From: Lytechinus pictus
Taxonomy: Eukaryota
Reading direction: 5' to 3'
DNA: 64,000 nt
Assembly: GCF_037042905.1 (NCBI RefSeq)
Contig: NC_087250.1
Coordinates: forward strand, 13,952,001-14,016,000
In this document: positions 57,870 through 64,000 of the stretch, one piece after another
Layout of the letters: each line of letters opens with the position of its first letter
Position numbering within the stretch: position 1 is the first letter of the stretch
Notes under the pieces: model-generated
What the model was told of the DNA's origin: nothing
Databases searched by the model: none
The model's input: the letters and a program-made list of their open reading frames with translations, nothing else
Program-made: the position numbers and the translations under genes

Positions 57870-60800
57870 ATGATGGTCTGTGGTGTGTATGATGGTGTGT
57901 ATGATGGTCTCAAGGTCTGCTTCATCATATTCACAGCCCCCCACAAACACTTCTCTGCCACATCCCAGTAGCAGTGCCTCTGAGCGGAACCCACCACATC
58001 CTCCTCCTGCCCAACGAGTGACAATCCATGCAGCTCCTACTTCATCAATGCACCGCCCAAACTCAACCCCTTCGGGTTTTCACCAGGGCAGAGCATCGGC
58101 ACTGACACATGCGTCTCTCCTAGAATCACTCCAGTTTGCCGCATCAAAAGCTCTCTACCTTCTCTCCCACCCAAACTTTCCACAGGATCAGGTCGTTCTG
58201 TCCAACTTACACGTCCTTCACCATCAAATAATCCATCTAGCTCAAAGCAGCCGGAGTGCTCTACCTCCTGCACGATCAATGTAGTCACGTTCAACTCTCG
58301 AGGCACCACCAGTAGCACTCCTTTCATCCAGCACCTTTTATGCACCTCAGATGTTACCTGCATCCAAGAGCACTGGGCAAACCAACATGGGCTCCACTCC
58401 CTCTCCCGTCTAGACTCCCATTTTCTCACTTTTGCCAAAGCACATGAAGAGGAGACTTACCCTGGTATTCCCAAATTTGGAAGAGGCAAGGGAGGTCTCG
58501 CCATCTTCCTACGCAAAGCACTCTTCATAGATTCCAAAGATCTCAAAAGCACCACACCTCGGGTTCAAGCCATCTCAACCAAGCATGTTTCAACATCAAC
58601 AAACCTCCTCATCATTAACTGCTACCTTCCTTCAGGTACCTCTCATGATGAAGTGAATGAATACCATTTATGCTTGTCCACTATCTTGTCATTTTTGAGT
58701 TCCGTGGACACACGTAACCACATTAAGATTGTTGCAGGAGATTTCAATGCTGACCCCATGCAGACCTCTCCCAGGAAATGCACGGCTGACATTCTCAAGA
58801 ATTTTCTTGCTTCAGAAGATTTGTGCAGTCTTACTTCACTTAGCTGCTCTCCTGGTGATTATACCTTCATGTCTGATGATGGCTCTAAGAAATCCAGGAT
58901 CGATGGCTTTATCATCCCCCCACAGGATATAGGGCTCTATTCTCAACATAAAATTATTGCAGAACATCCCCTCAACTTCTCCGATCATCGTCCTGTTCTC
59001 ATCACAGCAGAACTCCCTACTTCCAAGTCTCCAGCTGGACTAAAGCGCATGCCTGAGGCAACCGCTAACCATCTCACACCAATCCAGAGATACTCCATCT
59101 TGTGGCCCAGTGATCGCAATGAAATTGCTTCACTTTACACCAACCCACTGGAACTAGAAGCAGCCACCATCTTCCGAAACCTACACTCACTATCTCTGGA
59201 CCATGCCACTGTGGATCTGCTCTTTGGTCGTCTTCAAGATCAGATTCTAGAGCTCTCCTTGAGACTCCTTCACAAAGCCCATAAAGACAAGAAACAAGGC
59301 AAACCAGTGTGTACTCAGGACGTCAAATCTGCCTACTCCCACTCCTTAGCCCACTGGAAGAAGTGGAAACAGGCAGGTAAACCAGTAGATGGGCACCCTA
59401 CGTAGAAATCCTATTTGGAAGCCAAAAAGGACTTCAGGAGAGCCCTGAGACAATCTGAAGCCTCCAACAGACTCAAAGTGCAAGGAAAGATAAAGATGGC
59501 AAATGACATGAACAGCTCCTTGTTCTACAGCCTGGTAAAGTCAAACAAAGCAGGCAAACCCTCAACAGTGGACCTCCCATTCATGGTACACAAGGAGACC
59601 CTGTTCCAGGGCAAGGATGTCATCAAGGGCTGGAAATCTTATTTTCAAGATCTCTCTTCAGATCCTACTGCACCCAACTACGAATGAGCCAAACACATGA
59701 CTGAGCACTCCCCTTACCTGCCCTCCATTCAATCAGAAGGTGCAGAAGAAGTCTTGCTTACTCTCACCTCGCATGATCTTGACACAGCCATTAGGAAACT
59801 CAAGCTTCACAAAGCCCCAGGCCTCGACAACATAACTTCTGAGCATCTGGTTCATTCAGGTCCAATTTTCCGTCGCCTTCTTCTCCTTCTCCTCCAAAAC
59901 TCCATCAAACTGGCACATCTTCCAGCGTCATTGAAGGAAGCAGTGATCATCCCACTGCACAAAGGAGGGAGCAAACCAGTCAGCGAACCCTCTAGCTACA
60001 GAGGCATCTCCCTGACCCCAACTCTATCAAAGCTCTTTGAAATTGCCTTAAAACCTAAGATTGAGGACTCCTTGGTTGAAGTCAATACACCTGACGAACT
60101 TCAGTTTGGATTCCAAGCCTCAAAGTCCTGTATTCTCGCCTCACTGACCCTTGAGATGCTTATTGAGCTGAATACATCTCGGAAGAAGCCAACATATCTT
60201 GCCCTCTTGGATGCTGCTAAAGCTTTTGATTGTGTCTGGCACCCTGGCCTCTTTCAAAAGCTAGCTGACACTCCTATACCACTGGAAGCTCAGTCTACAT
60301 TGGTGGAAATGTACAATGGTGCATCCAGCAGAGTACTATGGAAAGGAGATGCCAGCTGCTCCTTCCCTCTTCAGAAGGGTGTGAGACAAGGAGGAATCCT
60401 CTCCCCTCTTCTCTACAACATCTTTATTGATGGCCTGATTAAGTTGCTAAGAGACAAAGATCTTGGATGCCACTGCCAAAACCTGTATGCTGGGGTAATT
60501 GTTCTAGCTGATGATGTGGCCCTCATAGCCTCCTCAGCCAAAGAACTTCAATGCATGCTGAATCTCATCCATACCTATGCAACCACATGGAAGTACAAGA
60601 TCAACCCATCAAAAAGTGCAACCCTCGTCTTTAATGGGCAAGACCACCTCAAGCACACTTGGTACCTGAATGAAGAGGAAGTTCAAGAAGTCAGTCAGCA
60701 TCCCCATCTTGGTGTCACCAAATCTTCAAGATCCTGCGCCGAACATCATTGCTAAGGGATATAACTCCATATTCGCTCTGCTAGGTGGTTCGGCTTCAAG

Positions 60801-61797
60801 AAACAACTTCTGGCCTCCAACCATTGCCAAGTTGTGGACCACCTACTGCATTCCTAGGATGCTATATGGCATTGCTGCCATTAGAGTTACCAAGAGGTCC
60901 AGGGATAAGCTAGACTCAGCGCAGGCCCTTCTCTTCAAAAAGTTCCTAGGGCTCCCCAGAAGCACAGCAAACGAGGCAGTCTTTCTCCTTACCGGAATCA
61001 TCCCTCTCTCTATGCAGATCGACCTGAACACCTTGATGACTCTCGGGCAACTGGTTACTTTACCAAGCGATAGGTTTGAGCACAGAATACTTCTAAATGC
61101 TCTCGCTGCCGATGTCCCTTTCATCTCCTACTGGAAGCAGCTAATCGCCAAATACAGCTTGCCTGCCATCCTGTCTGGCTCCCTGAGCTTCGACTACCTC
61201 ACCTGGAAAAGACTGTGCCGCCAGGCCATCTTCAAGAAGCACAATGCTGGCCTAGTTGATGCCACTCAGGAGAAGCACACTCTTGCCTTCTGGAAGCAAT
61301 GTTCAACGTTTCCAAGCCCTAGCAGTCTATTCCCCCCTGCACTACCTTCACACCTCCGTACTGCTGCAAGACTTCGCTCCCAACTTCTGACAGGCACCTA
61401 CCTAACACAACAAAGACTGAAGACCATAGGCAAGTCTCCCAGCGCCACCTGTAGACTTTGCTCAACGGAGGAAGAAAGCTCCACCCACTTCCTTGCTTCC
61501 TGCCCAACCCTCAAACCCCAACGGTCTGTTCTCATTCAACATGTCCTATCTCTAACCCTCCCTGCTTCAGTTAGCCAAGCCTTCACCTCTGCTCATCCCC
61601 TCATCCTTGCCACTAATATCTTATTACCCTCCTCGCACCTTATCTGTCACTCTTGCTGCCAATGTCATGACCCACTGCCTCAGATACATTCTTAAAATTA
61701 ATCATATTCGCTTAGAAATTGCTTCAACACAACAACCAACCTGCGGATAGCCGCTGATCCTCGAATACCGGGGGAAGAACAACAAAGAAGAAGAAGA
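57870..61797 (+). mobile_element. RTEX-like LINE (APE + RT + C-terminal Cys/His motif) inserted in the 5' UTR of gene B
   Basis: INVVTFNSRG, IQEHW, YLP, AGDFNAD, SDHRP (APE); SYRGISL, GVRQGGILSP, LADD (RT); CRLC..EE...HFL..C; (AAG)n tail. Stops at 59403 and 59685, frameshift near 60740. Clade assignment tentative. Confidence 0.9.
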
Positions 61798-62200
61798 GGT
61801 GGTGGCTTGCTGCAAACTGAAGGCACAAATAGCTTTCCATAATCCATTACCGTATTTTTAACAATACAAACTTGAAATAAAAATTTTACTGCGTCTGATC
61901 TGGAGACTGGACGTGACTGAACAGTCCAGCGCTGACGAAATAAACAGCAGTGAATGGACTGGTGACTTAAAGACTTAAACCAGGAGGATAATGTCGGCCG
62001 ATTTTATTAGCATTGCGATAATTTTGAGTTAATGAAACTGCAGACCTGCAATATTCATCCAGATGCAGAGGTAAGCGTGGTCCGTGCTCCCGCCGTGCTC
62101 CGCCTCCAGCTCCAGCCTGCCAGTGCCAGCCAAATGTCGGCAGAGCCAGAGCGGGCAGGCTAGGCAGCTGCACGCTGCGGCTACCGCGTGACCGGCGTGC
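61798..62200 (-). promoter_or_regulatory. Displaced 5' UTR and putative promoter region of gene B
   Basis: 61798-61840 matches gene A 22581-22621; GC-rich segment follows; inverted copy at 35204-35603. Confidence 0.6.
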
Positions 62201-62422
62201 TTCCGCATGCAATTAATTTTCCTTGTTTTGGATAATTTTAACGAAATTATGAAACTAAAGGAATTGCAAGGAAAATGGAAAAAGTTAAAATAAGGGATTT
62301 TCAATTTCAAGGAAATGAGAGTAGAATTCAAGGAAAATTAAAATGAGAATTGGTTATTGGATTTGTACTAATAATATATTTTACTTTAACTGCTAGCTGC
62401 AATTATAATATTGGGCATGGGG

Positions 62423-63146
62423 CACTCACACGTATTGCGAGGTTAGTATTAGTATACTAACCTCGCACCACGAACCGCGTTTGGCAGTGGATTTCTAACT
62501 AGTGGGTCGCGCGTGCTGGGATCTCACTTCTTGGGTCCACAACACACGACTTCTCTATGGCTTGAATTTTCTGTGCGCGGCGGCATGTAATGAACCCTTG
62601 GGTGGGCCTGGGGGGACGAAATGCAGCAAAAAATGCGAGCGCTAATGCAGTTTCGCACCGGCCGATGTCCAGCATACTTCATCGCAAAAAATTGTTCACA
62701 AATGTCATATGAGTTATGACAAGTCTCTCAGCTCAGACCTCAGTTATATTTCGAGGTCAATATACCCACTCATTTAATGAACCACTTGTCTACTGCAACC
62801 ATCCTGCCTGTGGAGTGTGGGGAATCTACAGGTAGGACTAAGGTATGCCAATGCTGTACAGAGTCAGAGCACACACTTTGAAAAATCAATAAGATATCAC
62901 TTTTGTGACCAAAATTACTAATACTAATTTCCTTACAGTTGCAAGTTATTTTTCATTAGTAACTTGGGAATAATTTTTGTATTCACCAGAGCGCTCAAAA
63001 ACTTGAATTTTGGGCATATTTTTGTGTACGCCCTCTATTGGTAAAAAGTATTTATGGCAAGAAAATTTTCATTTTTCTATCTCTATTTTAAATTAAGAAA
63101 AAAAAAATTTAAAGAATCAAATTTACTGAAGAGCCAAGTTGTATGG
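62423..63146. repeat. Right arm of the long inverted repeat, with a ~190-bp interruption
   Basis: Reverse complement of 57147-57688; the interruption 62640-62768 resembles 28684-28788. Confidence 0.85.
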
Positions 63147-64000
63147 CTTATTATAATCACTCGGGTCGCGTTCGCGTTCGAAATCAATCGGGTCGCGTTG
63201 AAATCACTCGGGTTTTGGATTCATGGCGATTTTTTTTATTTGGATGCGATTTTTTTTTACGGTGTCTTCAATGGGACAAACACGCTGGGAAAATAAAATG
63301 AAATTGAAATTCTAGTTTCGTTTTAAGCCGGCAAGTGCCTCAAATAAAATGCACTCGCCTACTGCTTAACATAACAAACAAGCAAATCAGCCATGTGGCT
63401 CAACTATCCTAGAATACATCCAGACTTCTACTGTTTTTATACGAGGACTCCGAGTCGGAACTTGCCATATCTGCCACATCGATATCACATCGTCATTCTC
63501 ATGTGCGGACATGCATGCCTGCATGCAATGCCTGCATGCAATGGCCCCAAGGCGGGACCCGGCCACGGTCGGACACGGCGTGCATCGGTAGCATGGAGCA
63601 AGGTAACGTGAGTCGAGCCGAGTTAGATCCCACGTTACAGTGCCAGTCAGTCCGCAGCTCGTCCGAAAGTATTTAATACAGCGGTATGCATAGCCAGCCA
63701 TCCGTGGTTTAATGCATATATACGTAATTAAACCAAAATCTTCGGTCTCTGTAATGTTCGTTGTTCCGCTGAACTCCGTTAGCTCCACTCACCAATACAG
63801 AGACCGAAGTTCTAGCTCGATCTGTACAGGGACTCAATGGCCATATGTTTATGCATTAAGTTCCAATAAAACGGGGAAGTGAAGTTGCGCGACAGCCGAA
63901 GCAATTAGTTACTGTTGTTTCCCCTTTTAAGTTTATTTTCCCTTTTTTGGTGCATTTTAGGACAAAACGGAATAATAATCTTTATTTGATACAGTTCTTT

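Overview
Eukaryotic, AT-rich, transposon-dense genomic DNA. The repeat types suggest an invertebrate deuterostome, most likely a sea urchin (inference). The core of the window is two tandem paralogous minus-strand multi-exon genes: gene A (CDS 22556->8419) and gene B (CDS 57857->47888). Hand-splicing at GT/AG sites with matching phases gives the same layout for both: an ancestral PRDM9/SSX-type KRAB domain split over two exons, acidic/SUMO-motif and repeat linker exons, then one large exon with an isolated C2H2 finger and a long 84-bp-unit C2H2 array. No PR/SET domain is seen, so these are KRAB-zinc-finger genes in an apparently non-tetrapod genome. Each array has been cut independently by a different TTAA-targeting DNA transposon at the same position within a finger. 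Gene B also has a mutated splice donor and a LINE inserted just upstream of its ATG, and its KRAB exon is bracketed by long inverted repeats. The rest is nested mobile DNA: a tandemly duplicated Gmr1-type gypsy derivative, L2 and RTEX-like LINEs, a TU-like foldback element, hAT-, Harbinger-, piggyBac-, Kolobok- and Tc1-like MITEs, Helentron-like elements, SINEs and minisatellites.
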